Shown: positions 39,503 to 52,876, numbered from the stretch's first letter. The stretch is DNA of 54,585 bases from Octopus bimaculoides (GCF_001194135.2 NC_068983.1:150456517-150511101); one strand, 5' to 3'. The notes: generated by a model from the letters alone, not told the origin. Made by a program: numbers and translations.

Positions 39503-39587
39503 GGCGGAGGTAAAGAATACGTACACCACCCATTTTCGGCGTAACCCTAACTCTAAACACCGGGTGTACGTATTCTTTACTTTCGCC
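39503..39587. mobile_element. 85-bp MITE with 25-bp TIR and 9-bp TSD
   Basis: ggcggaggtaaagaatacgtacacc / ggtgtacgtattctttactttcgcc (2 mismatches), TSD aactaatgt on both sides, internal taaccctaactctaa. Confidence 0.88.
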
Positions 39588-40689
39588 AACTAATGTATTC
39601 TCCCTTTTTTTTTTTTTCGAGGGTTGGATACAATTTTAGTGGTTCCCTCGCTAGTTTGAATCAACACCAGTGTATGTATCTCACACACGTGTTTGTGTGT
39701 GTGTGTGTGTGTGTTTGTGTGTGAGTATAAACATCTGGTATTCATTTTATCGATCTTCGACGAGAAAATGACAGGGTCAACACTGCAGGGTTTAAATGAT
39801 AAGTCTGCATCAGCGGAATTTGAACTCAGATTGCAGAGCAGACGAAAATGAAATTGTAGCGATAGCGATATGACAGTATATTGAGAGTAGTGTACGAAAC
39901 TCTGCTTTAATAAAATAACAAGGCAATCTTCAGTGAAAGTAAAAATAATTATATCATAAAATATACCGTGTGGGTGGAAAAAAAACGCAGGATCAAAAAC
40001 AATTTATAAAAAAAGAAAAAGAAAAATCACTCGAAAATTACAATCATAATCCAACATTATTTTACTGGTTTTAGACAAACAAGCACCGATTTCTTAACTT
40101 TGGTATCACTGAGGAAATTTGAGATTTCAACTAAGAGACCCTTTACTATTTTGTATGTGCCAATGCTAAAACTCATTATTACTAGACTTAATCATTTGTT
40201 TATAATGTCTCAGTTAGAAAACCCACCCTTTATTATACAACTGAATAGTTAACACACTTCAATATATACCCCATACGTACTAAACAGGTATGGGACCCAT
40301 TATTCAATATCCAGAATTTTCTGAAAAAGCACATACAATGAAATCAAGTGTAATATTCAAAAAGCAAGCCAAACAATTCTTCTGATTATTTAAGTTAGGA
40401 TTAAAAAAAAATGTGGTATTTTATGAAGAAATTTCTCACACTGTCTCACTCTTTTCAGCTCTGCGAAACTATTGCCTTCTTTCTATGTCTCTAAGTTAGA
40501 TATCTGAATTCCAAGAATAAAATGAAAAAATATCCCGCAAAAATTAGGTCCTAGACATATTGGTTAAACGGCCTCAAGAGGTGGTGCCGATAAATGTGTG
40601 AACATCCATATCTACATTCACATATACAAATATATGAACATACATCTGTATAAATACATTGCATACACTAGTATTTTTCCATAAGTATA

Positions 40690-40776
40690 TGTATACAGTT
40701 ATATACACAATAATATGTACACATGTATAAATGAACTGTGTTCGTGTATGTATGTGTATATATATATATATATATA

Positions 40777-40865
<89 letters not shown>

Positions 40866-40930
40866 GTATACACACACACACACACACACAGAGTTCATTT
40901 ATACATGTGGGTGTGTATATGTAAACATAC
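40690..40930. repeat. (TA)n/(CA)n compound microsatellite; similar tracts at about 11750, 12150, 12380, 41410, 42015 and 43560-43690
   Basis: Direct observation. Confidence 0.97.
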
Positions 40931-41414
40931 ATAAACAGATAATTGTATATAAAGAATTTTTACACACGCACTTACAGAATACTGAAGAAGACATAATGTT
41001 AGAATGGCATGTAATTAGGAAAAGAAAACAAACTACATTCGTTTTCAATAAGTACATCCTGTTGATGGCAGGAAGAGCGAAAGTAGGGGACAAATCCGTT
41101 TAATGAGGACGTCAATATTGCTATGAATCATTACTCATGGTGTAGAAAATCTGGCCATCATGATTTAAGAAAAGAGAAGAAAATCTGAAAACGGGTACAA
41201 ATGAAATAAAGAAAATAAAAGAAATTACACACACAAATAAACAATAGCCGGTAGTAGTTCATTTAAGAACATGGTTAATTGCATGGCGTTACAAATTAGA
41301 ACTTTCAGAGATAATTGAAATTATAATTAATCTTAGAATAACATTTTGTGAAATGGATAAAAAAGATTGTCTTCACAAATTGTAGTGGTGAATATATTTG
41401 CACGTCGGTATGCA

Positions 41415-41492
<78 letters not shown>

Positions 41493-42015
41493 GAAATACA
41501 TATACAGACACTTAAATGCACATATAAACATACATATACGTATACACACACCTTCCATTACAAGGGTAAATGAAGAAAATTGTAACGGAATCGGATTGTA
41601 ATCAAAATTTTTATAGTAAAACTATTCTGAAAAATGAAAAGACACCAGATGATCGAAAGAATACAATAAAATATATACACAATGTAAATATGAGTATATC
41701 TACCAAGGTTTTTCTCACTCCCTGTTTAAGGCATTGCTAATATGACAATTGTAAGTTAAGGAGTGGATGAAAGTAAGAAGAGGAGCTCGATTTCGGCTAT
41801 TCAACATCTAAAATTAAATTCTAAAGCACTATCGAAGCAGCAATGCCTGTAGAAACAATATATAAGTTCTATATAAAACGAAGTACGATATGTAATTTGA
41901 AATACACAAACTGAACGGTGAATGTGTGTTGAAACCATTAACACAGAATGAAAAGTATTACACACACACATACAAATTTATTACATACGTTTGTGTATTA
42001 TGAGTTGACCACAAT

Positions 42016-42058
<43 letters not shown>

Positions 42059-43019
42059 TTGTGTACACACACATACATATATGTTCATTCCGACAGGTAT
42101 ATTTTACATAACAATAAAGACTTCAGTTTTGATTTTTAAAAGAAGATTACACAACCGTATAAGTATTACTACATTGATTTTGACCGGGACTTCAAGTTTC
42201 GCCTAACGGCTTGTTCAACTCACTTTTAATATTGATTCTTCTTATGACTAAATGTTGTTCTGTTTTTTTGTAATATCACCCCACCCATATTAACATGTGT
42301 AATTACACACACTTTATATAGTGTGTATGGAAGATGGTGACATTATAAACCTTTTTTAAAACTAACACACATTCATGTATGCCCGCCCCAATTTCTCAAG
42401 AAGCACCAGCTTAATAAATAAGATATAAAAAAAAACTTCAAGATCAAACCAGAATGAATTCGAAGTTTTTTTTTTTTTTTAAATGGGAAAGAATGAAAGA
42501 CAGACAGGACCAAAATTGGTTAATGTTGGTCTTGTTGGAAGAAATTACGAAGAAAATAGCCCAAAGAAAAGACTAAGACAATTCGAAAAGCAACACCCAA
42601 CCTTCCAGGAAACATACTGGACTGTCTCAAGAATTATCAAGATAAACAATTTAAACGTTTCAGTTATGATGAAAGCTTTAACAAAATCAAGGATTATAAT
42701 TAAAATTGAAGTGAAAATGTTACGACTACAGCTGTAATATTTAGAAACTCAGTTATAAACGTATATATATAAGTATATGTATGTATATATAAGTAAACGT
42801 ATCTATCGCTATACACCTCTTTTTCTTCATTTATGTATATATATATATATATGTATATATCTATATAGCTACCTTGTTTGTTGTCTGTTCTACTTAACTT
42901 GTCTGGATCGGCCATTTTGCAAGTGTTTTCTCTCACCCACCTCTTACTTCTCCTCTTTCTTTCCCCTTCTGCTTTTGTTGTTGTTGGTGTTGTTGTGTAA
43001 AGAGAGAGATGATGGTGGA

Positions 43020-43480
43020 GGTGTTAACACTGTCAATTTCAATAGTGAGGGTGTGTGGTGGTAGCAACGAGTAGTAGTGTAGTGAAAGGTATGGTGGCGG
43101 CGGCGGCGTGTAGTGCAGTGATAAGAGAGCTGGCAGGAGAGTGTAGTATAGTGATAGGACTGATGATGATGATGGTGGTGGGTATTAGTAGATTCTTATG
43201 ATGGTGGCGGTGGTAGTGTTAATTATGGAGGTAGTATTTATGATAATGATTGTAGTGTTGGTGCTGATGGTGTTTGTTCGTGAAGGTTGGAGGCGAGCAG
43301 CAATGGTAGTACTAGTGGTCGGTGTGATAGTATGAATTCGGGAGGCAGGAGAAAGACAGATAGTTAGAGAGAGAAAGAGAGAGAGAGGTACAGAGAAAAG
43401 AAGATAGAGAGAATACGAAAAAGAGGAAAAAGGAACAATTGAGAAAGTGAGAAGGAAAAGCAGAAAAATATAGAGCGAGA
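43020..43480. repeat. Cryptic (GGT/GAT/AGT) and GA-rich low-complexity DNA; similar tract at 45240-45780
   Basis: Direct observation. Confidence 0.85.
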
Positions 43481-43636
43481 TTTAGAGAGATGTGACAATG
43501 TTCTTCGAAATTCCTCTATTTTCAACCCTCTATTCTACCCCCCTCTTTCTCTCTCCCTATATATATATATATATATATACATTCACATTATATATATAGA
43601 GAGATATATAGATGTATAATACTCACACACACACAC

Positions 43637-43691
<55 letters not shown>

Positions 43692-45578
43692 GTTGAACAT
43701 TTCTTTACACTAGCAAACACACATATACCTGAATCTGAGTTAGTGTGTGTATGAACGTATGTATGAAGAACGGTAGAAAGAGCTAAAGACCGTAAAAAGA
43801 AACAGCAGACGAGAAAAAGGGTAAGGCGAGAGATAGAGAGAGAGAGAGCGAGATAGTGCACGTGTATGTATTTAACAATCCCTTTTCTGTCATACACTCT
43901 CTCGCTCTACATACATACATAGAAATCGAGAGATTGCGGCACAATCGCAAGCATATGCTTTCTCTAATCTCCTGTGTCTCTAAATGTATTTATATATTAA
44001 TTTCACTTTCACTATACACACACATACACACTCACACACTAATTATTTAGAGAGAGTGTATGGGGAAAATAATTTACAGCACAAATGTACTCTCTTTGTA
44101 AGTGTGAAAGACACACATATGTATACATATATAATATTTATATACACATATAAAGATTAATATTTCTGTACTCTGGTTATTATTATTTTCTTGTCTACGT
44201 TTTGTTTGCAATGTCCTGTACCCAGATATGCACCTATATATACAGGTAGACGTAGGTATGCACATACCTGTACGTATATATGCATATACTCATTTATTAT
44301 TGTTTTATATATATATATATATATATNNNNNNNNNNNNNNNNNNNNNNNNNNNNNNNNNNNNNNNNNNNNNNNNNNNNNNNNNNNNNNNNNNNNNNNNNN
44401 NNNNNNNNNNNNNNNNNNNNNNNNNNNNNNNNNNNNNNNNNNNNNNNNNNNNNNNNNNNNNNNNNNNNNNNNNNNNNNNNNNNNNNNNNNNNNNNNNNNN
44501 NNNNNNNNNNNNNNNNNNNNNNNNNNNNNNNNNNNNNNNNNNNNNNNNNNNNNNNNNNNNNNNNNNNNNNNNNNNNNNNNNNNNNNNNNNNNNNNNNNNN
44601 NNNNNNNNNNNNNNNNNNNNNNNNNNNNNNNNNNNNNNNNNNNNNNNNNNNNNNNNNNNNNNNNNNNNNNNNNNNNNNNNNNNNNNNNNNNNNNNNNNNN
44701 NNGAGTTACGTGATCAACCGTTACTCGAGCCGCGCTGTATATGAAGTAATAACCATAACAAAACGTAAAAGAAAAGAGAGAGAGAGAGGAATATGAAAAG
44801 TAAAGAAAATCAACTGAAATGAGAAAATGTGGAAGAAAGAACGGAGAGGAAGTAGAAAAATGCGAAGAGAGCAGGTTGTGTAACGGTTATTCTGCTGTCA
44901 CTTCAAGAAAATCGTCACTACTTATATATATATGGCTTACATATGACTACTTCCGTCACCACCGCTATTGCATGTTAACGCGGTTGACTTACGTAGTCTG
45001 TTGGCCTGCTAGAAATAGCAGCAAAATATCCCTCGAATTGCGGCATACTTGTCTTACTGGAACGTCAGAGTCAGATGGTATTAGTTTTAGATCCGCTATT
45101 GTCTGTGAAATAAACAGTGGTGTATGGGTACGGCTGGAATACTTTTGGTTCATGGATCTAGATAGATCTGCTGGAATTAATGACTGACCTTGGGTTATAA
45201 ACCGCTATTACAAAAAATTTATCGCCATAATCATATACTTCGCTGTCAACTGTCGCGAACACTACTCTCTTTCTCACTATCAACATTAACACCATCATCA
45301 GCATGTCTCCGCCCCACCTCTCACACACATAACATCAACGTTATTGTCACAACCACCATGCCAAACACAATCATCATCATCATCAACATCATCATCATCA
45401 GCTGTAATATCATCAACTACTGACCACTACCACCACTACTACTACTATAACCACCACCAAACCCAGCATTGAGTCTCGCCTGTCGTAGCTCTTTATCATT
45501 TTATACATCTCACGCTAGCGTCTGTAGTAATACTAACAATGGTACATTAACTATTAGTAAAAACTATTATAACGTTTA

Positions 45579-45613
<35 letters not shown>

Positions 45614-46064
45614 GTAATAGTAGTAGTTGTAATAGTAGTAGTAGTTGTGGAAATAGTTTATTATGTGCAGCAGTAGAGTTGTAGTCTTAGTAGTAATGGT
45701 AATGGTAGTAATAACAGGAGCAATGATTGTGTTAGTAGAAGCAGAAGCAGTAGAAGGAGTATTAGTAATGGCAGTTATTTTTCTTTAACCTCATTTCGTT
45801 TTGAATGGGTTAACTACCAAGGACTGAAATCATTTTAGTTGTGACCAATCTGTCTGTTTTAAGGACTACATTATCCAATGTGTCCTTCTTTGTTTAAGTC
45901 AGTAGGGGGAGGGGGCACTGATTTGAGGGAAATTTGGTTGCTATTTCTAGCAAGACTACAGACTAAATAAAATAAAAGTGTTTACCAACCTTTCCTATGC
46001 TTTCGCACGTCTAGGTGCTTGATTAATTTTTGTATCCCTTACAAAAGTAATATCACATTTTACT

Positions 46065-46462
46065 CCTTTTACTCTTTTACTTGTTTCAGTCATTTGACTG
46101 CGGCCATGCTGGAGCACCACCTTTAGTCGAGCAAATCGACCCTAGGACTTATTCTTTGTAAGCCCAGCACTTATTCTATCGGTCTCTTTTGCAGAGCCGC
46201 TAAGTGACGGGGACATAAACACACCAGCATCGGTTGTCAAGCAATGCTAAGGGGACAAACACAGACACACACACACACACACATATATATACATATATAC
46301 GACAGGCTTCTTTCAGTTTCTGTCTACCAAATCCACTCACAAGGCTTTGGTCGGCCCGAGGCTATAGTAGAAAACACTTGCCCAAGATGCCACGCAGTGG
46401 GACTGAACCCGGAACCATGTGGTTGGTAAGCAAGCTACTTACCATACAGCCACTCCTGCGCC
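46065..46462 (-). mobile_element. Near full-length CORE-like tRNA-derived SINE
   Basis: Minus head aggagtggctgtatggtaagtagcttgcttaccaaccacatggttccgggttcagtcccac (A/B boxes), followed by cttgggcaagtg, a MIR-CORE-like motif. Confidence 0.9.
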
Positions 46463-46875
46463 ATTTGGAGATGAAAAGAAAATTTTCAAATAACTAATTA
46501 ATTTTTCTTTAATTGAACCACATAGGAAAGAACATGTTCTTGATATACCAAATAGAACATAGTCAATTTTGAGAGTAAATTAATTTTATTTTCAATAATG
46601 ATTTTAATAAATTTTAATAAAGTATATACTTTCACTCTTAGTTTCACCCATTGAAATTGCATTTAATACCCCCAGAGTGTGCAAGCAACCCAGGTTAAGA
46701 ACTCCTGTTTGATCATGGTAATATTTTGTGTTGTTAGTAGTAGTAGTAGTGATTTCTCAGGGTATAAGCTTTGAAATTGTTGAGGGGAGCTAGCTCTGAA
46801 TGAAGGTAGTGCCCGTTGTCTTTGTGGGCCTTCTGAGACCCTTGAGATTGATACTGGTTAATGTTAAGCTTAGAT

Positions 46876-47018
46876 CAGTCATGAGCAAACTGCAGACCAT
46901 GAAATGGTACACCTAATGGAAAATTATCTTGGATTATTTTGGTAGTGTAGCTCTAGCCTGCCTGATGAAGAGCCATGTCTCATGCGACCAACTTCTTGGA
47001 AAAAGTTGCCCATGCCTG
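46876..47018. mobile_element. hAT/Charlie-like MITE
   Basis: cagtcatgagcaaact / aagttgcccatgcctg termini and TSD gcttagat/gcttagac (7/8). Confidence 0.75.
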
Positions 47019-47039
47019 GCTTAGACTGTTATTATCCAT

Positions 47040-47830
47040 GACTGCAGGAAATCCATGTATGAGGAGAGAATTTTAGAGAGCTGATGTTCTAGGAACAAAT
47101 GACCAAGTGTAGTGGCTAGCAGGGTCTAGTGATGTGAATGATGAGAGGTAGAGGGATGAGTAATGCATAAGTGGAAGTGACATGAGACAAACCATCACTA
47201 AGGAATTGAGGCCATTGTGGTAGCTGTAGAGAAGACACAAAGTGGACATAGCTCATATGCACCAGAAGCTGGTGTTTGTGAGTGTGATTTTGTGTCTGTT
47301 AGTTGAGTGGCTTTTCTTTGGATGCAGATTAAGATGTCACTGTGTGCAGCAAGCAACACCATCAGCATTCCAGATGTAGGGGAAGCACTGCATTATGGAT
47401 CTCAGCTGAACTTAATAGAAGGTCAGTCATTGTTGACAGCTAATGAATTAAGAAAGCATAAAAGGTCAAAGATCAAGAGATGCAGTCAAAAGACAGGCCT
47501 TGTCAAGGAAAGAAGTGTCTGTGACCTTCACAGATGCACTGAGACTGGTAATATAGCTGATGTTCAATTTCCAACTTTTGAGGAACAGTCATTCCTCTTT
47601 CTTCGTTTCTTTACGATGATCGTTGATGTAAATGAAATGAGAATTACCATAGCTACAATCAGGAATATGATACATAGGGTCTCTTTTCAAACAATTAGTA
47701 AGCAATAACTCCTAGAGGCTTTAAGTTTTAAAAATATGAAGCAGGGGAGGTAACTTCAGTGAGATCAGCTGAAATTTTTGGAAAATGAAGATGATTTCAG
47801 AACTGAATTGTTGATATCACTTACAGGAAG
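47040..47830 (-). mobile_element. Decayed CR1/L2/Jockey-group LINE 3' region
   Basis: Across frameshifts it reads ISADLTEVTS, SWKLNIS, IRSIMQCFPYIW, ICIQRKATQL, LLYSYHNG, SFVPRTSAL, in the canonical C-terminal order of these LINEs. Confidence 0.65.
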
Positions 47831-49384
47831 CTTTAAGTGTAATCTAGTGATAGATATATTATGTGCTTTTGTACTTTTGCTGGTTTCTTTTACTAGTCTG
47901 TGGCCATGCTAGAGCTCTAATCAATTATAACAACCACAGTGTTGTGATTTTAGCTGTATTTCTTTGGTTGACTTTTGAAGGATTGACCTGGACCAGATAT
48001 GAACTAAAAGCATAAAGGGATGTAACCAAATATTGCAAGGTTTTTGTTTGCTACTCCACCAATTCTGTCATCTTTTATAGTTACTATTGCAGGGAACTTC
48101 TATGCGTTTGCCTAACCTGCTAAAAATGCAGCAAGATCTTCAAATCACAAACTTCCCTACTCAAAAATAAAAGAATGAAGTACAGATTGGATAATGTATC
48201 CCTTGATGTATTATGTTTTGAAAAAAAGACATGATGGTCAGTAGGAATGTTTTTCATTCTAGGCCTTGCCAAGAGCTAAATAACAACTAGTCTATTAATT
48301 TCTTATTTAGCCACATAAAGGAATAAACTTATATGATATTCATGTATTTTTAGTTCCTCTTATTTTTTCTCTTTCAAATGAAATGAAGTGAAGTGAATTG
48401 GAGTAGTTCCAATAAAGAACTGAAACTGGCTTGTGGTGGGGTGAAGTTTGAAGAAGGACGAGGAAAAAGGAGATGACAGAAGTGGTGAGAAGAAAAGAAA
48501 AAAAAGAAAAAAACAAATGAAGAAATGTGAAGGGAGGGGAAGAGCAAGGAGTAAAAGAAATAGTTGGGAAGAAGAGCTGTGCCCATGATCCCTTTCAAGG
48601 CCTCTGAAACTGGTGGGAAGGATGGATGTATTCTCAAACCAAAGACATGATCTGAATGTTTGTAACAGGATGGAAATCTACTAAAGGCGCCTAAGGGTTT
48701 GGTGACAGAGATTAAGTCTACTACCCAAGTTGGTCATGGTGGGATTTGAACTCAAAACATTATGAACTGAAACAAATAGTACCTGATGATCTCACAATTC
48801 TACTACTTACTACTCTTGCCTGGTACTTTATTTAGCAACTCTGGAAGGATGAAAATCAAAGTGGATTTTGGTAGGGTGTGTTGTTGTTTTATCCCATGTC
48901 AACCTCGATAGAAATAAGGAAAAAAAACCCTATGATCAGAGGCATTCTAGCCATGACCAATCTGTCTTTTTCCTATGTGCATGGAACCCATGACTACATT
49001 ATCTGTTAAATGCTGTTTTAGTATGTTGGAGTTTTATTTCTGAGTTCTCTCATTGCTATTCCTAGCACATTGAGTGGCATCATAGAGGCTGTCTTGTTGG
49101 CTCAAGTGTAGTTAAGTGGGAAGGAAAGGGAAACTCAAGAAGAGGAAGGCAGATATAAGTGAAGAAGCCAAAAATAAAATTTAAAAAAATAGAATAAAAA
49201 TCAAATAAACTAATAAATATGTCAAAAGAACAAGTAGAAATTGGAACCTAAAAACAAAAATGAAAGAAAAATAAACCACAAGAAACTAAATGAGGTGTAG
49301 ATGTAATTTGAAACAAGAGCTGAAAATATATCTTGTTTAGAAAACAAAATACTTCAAGAAAACATCTTAAGAGGTCATTCAAAA

Positions 49385-50310
49385 ATTTTCAGTTCAAATT
49401 CAAATGAAATCAACCTTTCCTTTTCATCTTTCTGGGGTTGATAGAATAAATATCTGAGTTGATTTAGTCAACTACTTTTCCCTCTAAAATTTTTGGTCTT
49501 TTGTTAGAAATCATCATCATCATCATCATCGTCGTTTAACGTCCGCTTTCCATGCTAGCATGGGTTGGACGATTTGACTGAGGACTGGTGGACCAGGAGG
49601 CGACACCAGGCTCCAATCTGATTTGGCAGAGTTTCTACAGCTGGATGCCCTTTGGAAATCTTTATTATAATTATTGAGGTCAGTGGGTTGGCAGGATTGT
49701 TAGAGAGTCAGGTGAAATGCCTTGGACTTCTTATCCTGACTCTTAACATTTAGAGTTCAAATCATACTGAAGTCAACTTTGCCTTTCATCTTTTGTGGGG
49801 TTCAATAAAATGAAATACTGGAGTTGATTGTTTTGACTAACCCCACCCTCTCAAAATTGTAGGCCTTGTGCCTAAATTAAAAAAAAAAAACCCTATTATT
49901 ATTGATATTATTATTAAGGCAGTGAGCTGGCAAAACTGTAGGTATGCCAAGCAAAATGCTTAGTGGCATTTTATTTATCTTCCCATTCACAAGTTCAAAT
50001 TCTGTGTAGGTCGACTTTGCTTTTCATCCTTTCAGGGTTGATAAAAATAAGCACCAGTTGGGATTCACTCTTGAAATTGCTGGCAGTGTGCCAAAATCTG
50101 AAGCCAGTATTACTATTATTGTTAAGGTGGCAAACTGGCGGAATCGTTAGCATGCTGGATGAAATGCTTAACAGTATTTTCCCTGTCACTATGTTCTGAG
50201 TTGAAATTCTGCCGAGGTTGACTTTGCCGTTCATCCTTTCAGGGTTGATAAATTAAGTACCAGTGAAACACTGGGGTCGATGTAATTGACTAGTCCCCCT
50301 CCCTGCAAAA
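49385..50310 (+). mobile_element. Four head-to-tail Nin-type SINE copies, the first followed by an RTE tail at 49511-49652
   Basis: Heads at about 49677, 49916 and 50124, each preceded by ATT-rich sequence. Confidence 0.75.
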
Positions 50311-50379
50311 TGTATGTATATATATATATACAGACACACACCAAATTAAAAAGGGTGGCTTCTTCCTTCTATACATATA

Positions 50380-50413
<34 letters not shown>

Positions 50414-50902
50414 NNNNNNNNNNNNNNNNNNNNNNNNNNNNNNNNNNNNNNNNNNNNNNNNNNNNNNNNNNNNNNNNNNNNNNNNNNNNNNNNNNNNNNN
50501 NNNNNNNNNNNNNNNNNNNNNNNNNNNNNNNNNNNNNNNNNNNNNNNNNNNNNNNNNNNNNNNNNNNNNNNNNNNNNNNNNNNNNNNNNNNNNNNNNNNN
50601 NNNNNNNNNNNNNNNNNNNNNNNNNNNNNNNNNNNNNNNNNNNNNNNNNNNNNNNNNNNNNNNNNNNNNNNNNNNNNNNNNNNNNNNNNNNNNNNNNNNN
50701 NNNNNNNNNNNNNNNNNNNNNNNNNNNNNNNNNNNNNNNNNNNNNNNNNNNNNNNNNNNNNNNNNNNNNNNNNNNNNNNNNNNNNNNNNNNNNNNNNNNN
50801 NNNNNNNNNNNNNNNNNNNNNNNNNNNNNNNNNNNNNNNNNNNNNNNNNNNNNNNNNNNNNNNNNNNNNNNNNNNNNNNNNNNNNNNNNNNNNNNNNNNN
50901 NN

Positions 50903-51021
50903 CAAACAGTTGCTTCACCACATACCGAAGTTCAGAAATAGCAGTTAAAATGCTGAGACTCCAACAGATAGCATTTTAGCTGCTATTTCTGAACTTCGGT
51001 ATGTGGTGAAGCAACTGTTTG
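50903..51021. repeat. 52-bp inverted repeat with 15-nt spacer at a contig start
   Basis: 50903-50954 is the reverse complement of 50970-51021 with 1 mismatch. Confidence 0.95.
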
Positions 51022-51384
51022 CTGATCCCTTAATTATGTTTATATATATATATATATATATATATGTATGCATGTATTTGTGTGTCTGTGTTTATCTCCC
51101 CACCATTGCTTGACACCAATGTTGGTGTCTTTACGTCCCTGTAAATTAGCAGTTCAGAAAAAGCGACCAATAGAGTAAGTACTAGGTTTACAAAGAATAG
51201 TTCTGGGGTTGATTTGTTTGACTAAAGGCAGTACTCCAGCATGACCACTGTCAAATGACTGAAACAAGTAAAAGAATAAAAAAATAAAAGAATATATATA
51301 GAATAGGAAATTTCTATTGGTAAATCTCTTACTGAGATACATTCAGTACTCTAAAGTTTATTTGCCAACATAATGTGGCATTTG

Positions 51385-51679
51385 TGGTTTAGGACGAATG
51401 TTACTGTTATTTAGCCTCAGGAAACATCATCTCCAACTGGTTATATGACAAACTATCTGTGTCCTTATATTTTCAAACAATGGAGTTTAACATCCCCACT
51501 CAGCACAAAACAATACCTGTGTATTGCGATTTCTGGGTTATTTCCCTTCATCAGCACAGAATAACTGTTCAGCTAGAGGTGGTGCTGCTAAATTCATGTT
51601 TGATCAGATAGTGTGTTGTACAGCCAGCTGGAGACGATGTTTCCTTGGGCTAAATAACAGTAACATTCGTCCTAAACCA
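51385..51679. mobile_element. MITE with about 56-bp TIR, no clear TSD
   Basis: tggtttaggacgaatgttactgttatttagcc...ctgg inverted at both ends with 4 mismatches. Confidence 0.8.
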
Positions 51680-51720
51680 GGACTGCTTCGGTATATTGGC
51701 AAATAATCTTTACTCTAGAA

Positions 51721-51757
<37 letters not shown>

Positions 51758-52486
51758 NNNNNNNNNNNNNNNNNNNNNNNNNNNNNNNNNNNNNNNNNNN
51801 NNNNNNNNNNNNNNNNNNNNNNNNNNNNNNNNNNNNNNNNNNNNNNNNNNNNNNNNNNNNNNNNNNNNNNNNNNNNNNNNNNNNNNNNNNNNNNNNNNNN
51901 NNNNNNNNNNNNNNNNNNNNNNNNNNNNNNNNNNNNNNNNNNNNNNNNNNNNNNNNNNNNNNNNNNNNNNNNNNNNNNNNNNNNNNNNNNTATATGTATA
52001 TATATATGTATATATATGTATATGTCTGCATGCATGTATGTATGTATGTATGTATGTATGTATGTATACATGTGTGTGTGTGTGTGTGTGGTAATATCTC
52101 TTTGCCTTGGTATCACATGATACTTGTAAATGAGTGTCACTACCATGCAAGTAGTGTTTTTCATTTTCAATTTCCTGTAAAAATGTCTACCCATGGAAAC
52201 AAGTGAAGGTTCGTGACAGGAATGTTGTCTGCCCATAGAAAATCTGCCTCTACAAATTCTGTCCAACCCATGCAAACATGGAAAAAGTGTGCCTTCAAAT
52301 GATGATATCAAAAATAACACATACTCTGAGAATAGTACCAAAGACAACATAAATTTTGTTGCTGAGTGGTTGGTGTCAGGAAGAGCATCCAGCCACGAAA
52401 ACCATGACAAAACAGACACAGAAGTCTGGTGCAGGCACCTGCCTGGCCAGATCCTGTCAAACCGTTCAAGCCATGCCAGCATCATC

Positions 52487-52489
<3 letters not shown>

Positions 52490-52543
<54 letters not shown>

Positions 52544-52562
52544 GTGATGGTGATGGTGATGG

Positions 52563-52612
<50 letters not shown>
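52490..52612. repeat. Long (GAT)n/(GGTGAT)n tract expanded from an RTE tail
   Basis: Directly follows RTE 3' tail sequence at 52360-52490. Confidence 0.9.
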
Positions 52613-52669
52613 TTTAATGTTTAAATATCTGATAGTAGTTTCATACAACACATAATAATCCTTTCCACT

Positions 52670-52876
52670 AAAGGCACAAGGCCTGAAATTTTGGGGGAGG
52701 GGACGGACTAGTTGATTACATTGACCCCCAGTGTTTCATTGTTACTTAATTTATTGACCCCGAAAGGATGAAAGGCAAAGTCAACCTCAGCAGAATTAGA
52801 ACACAGAATGTAAAGATAGGTGAACTTGCACTAAGTGTTTTGCCCAGAGTGCTAACAGTTCTGCTAGTTCACTGCC

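Noticed and set aside
47307-47708. 133-aa plus ORF, exon 47328-47421, and a minus-strand transmembrane-like segment (IIFLIVAMVILISF...KKRRKR)
   Set aside because: All lie within a decayed CR1/L2-like LINE whose motifs continue on both sides.
52289-52651. Poly-Met, poly-Asp and poly-His ORFs; also YIYIYI and CVCVCV ORFs elsewhere
   Set aside because: Translations of (GAT)n, (TA)n and (CA)n microsatellites or of N-gaps.
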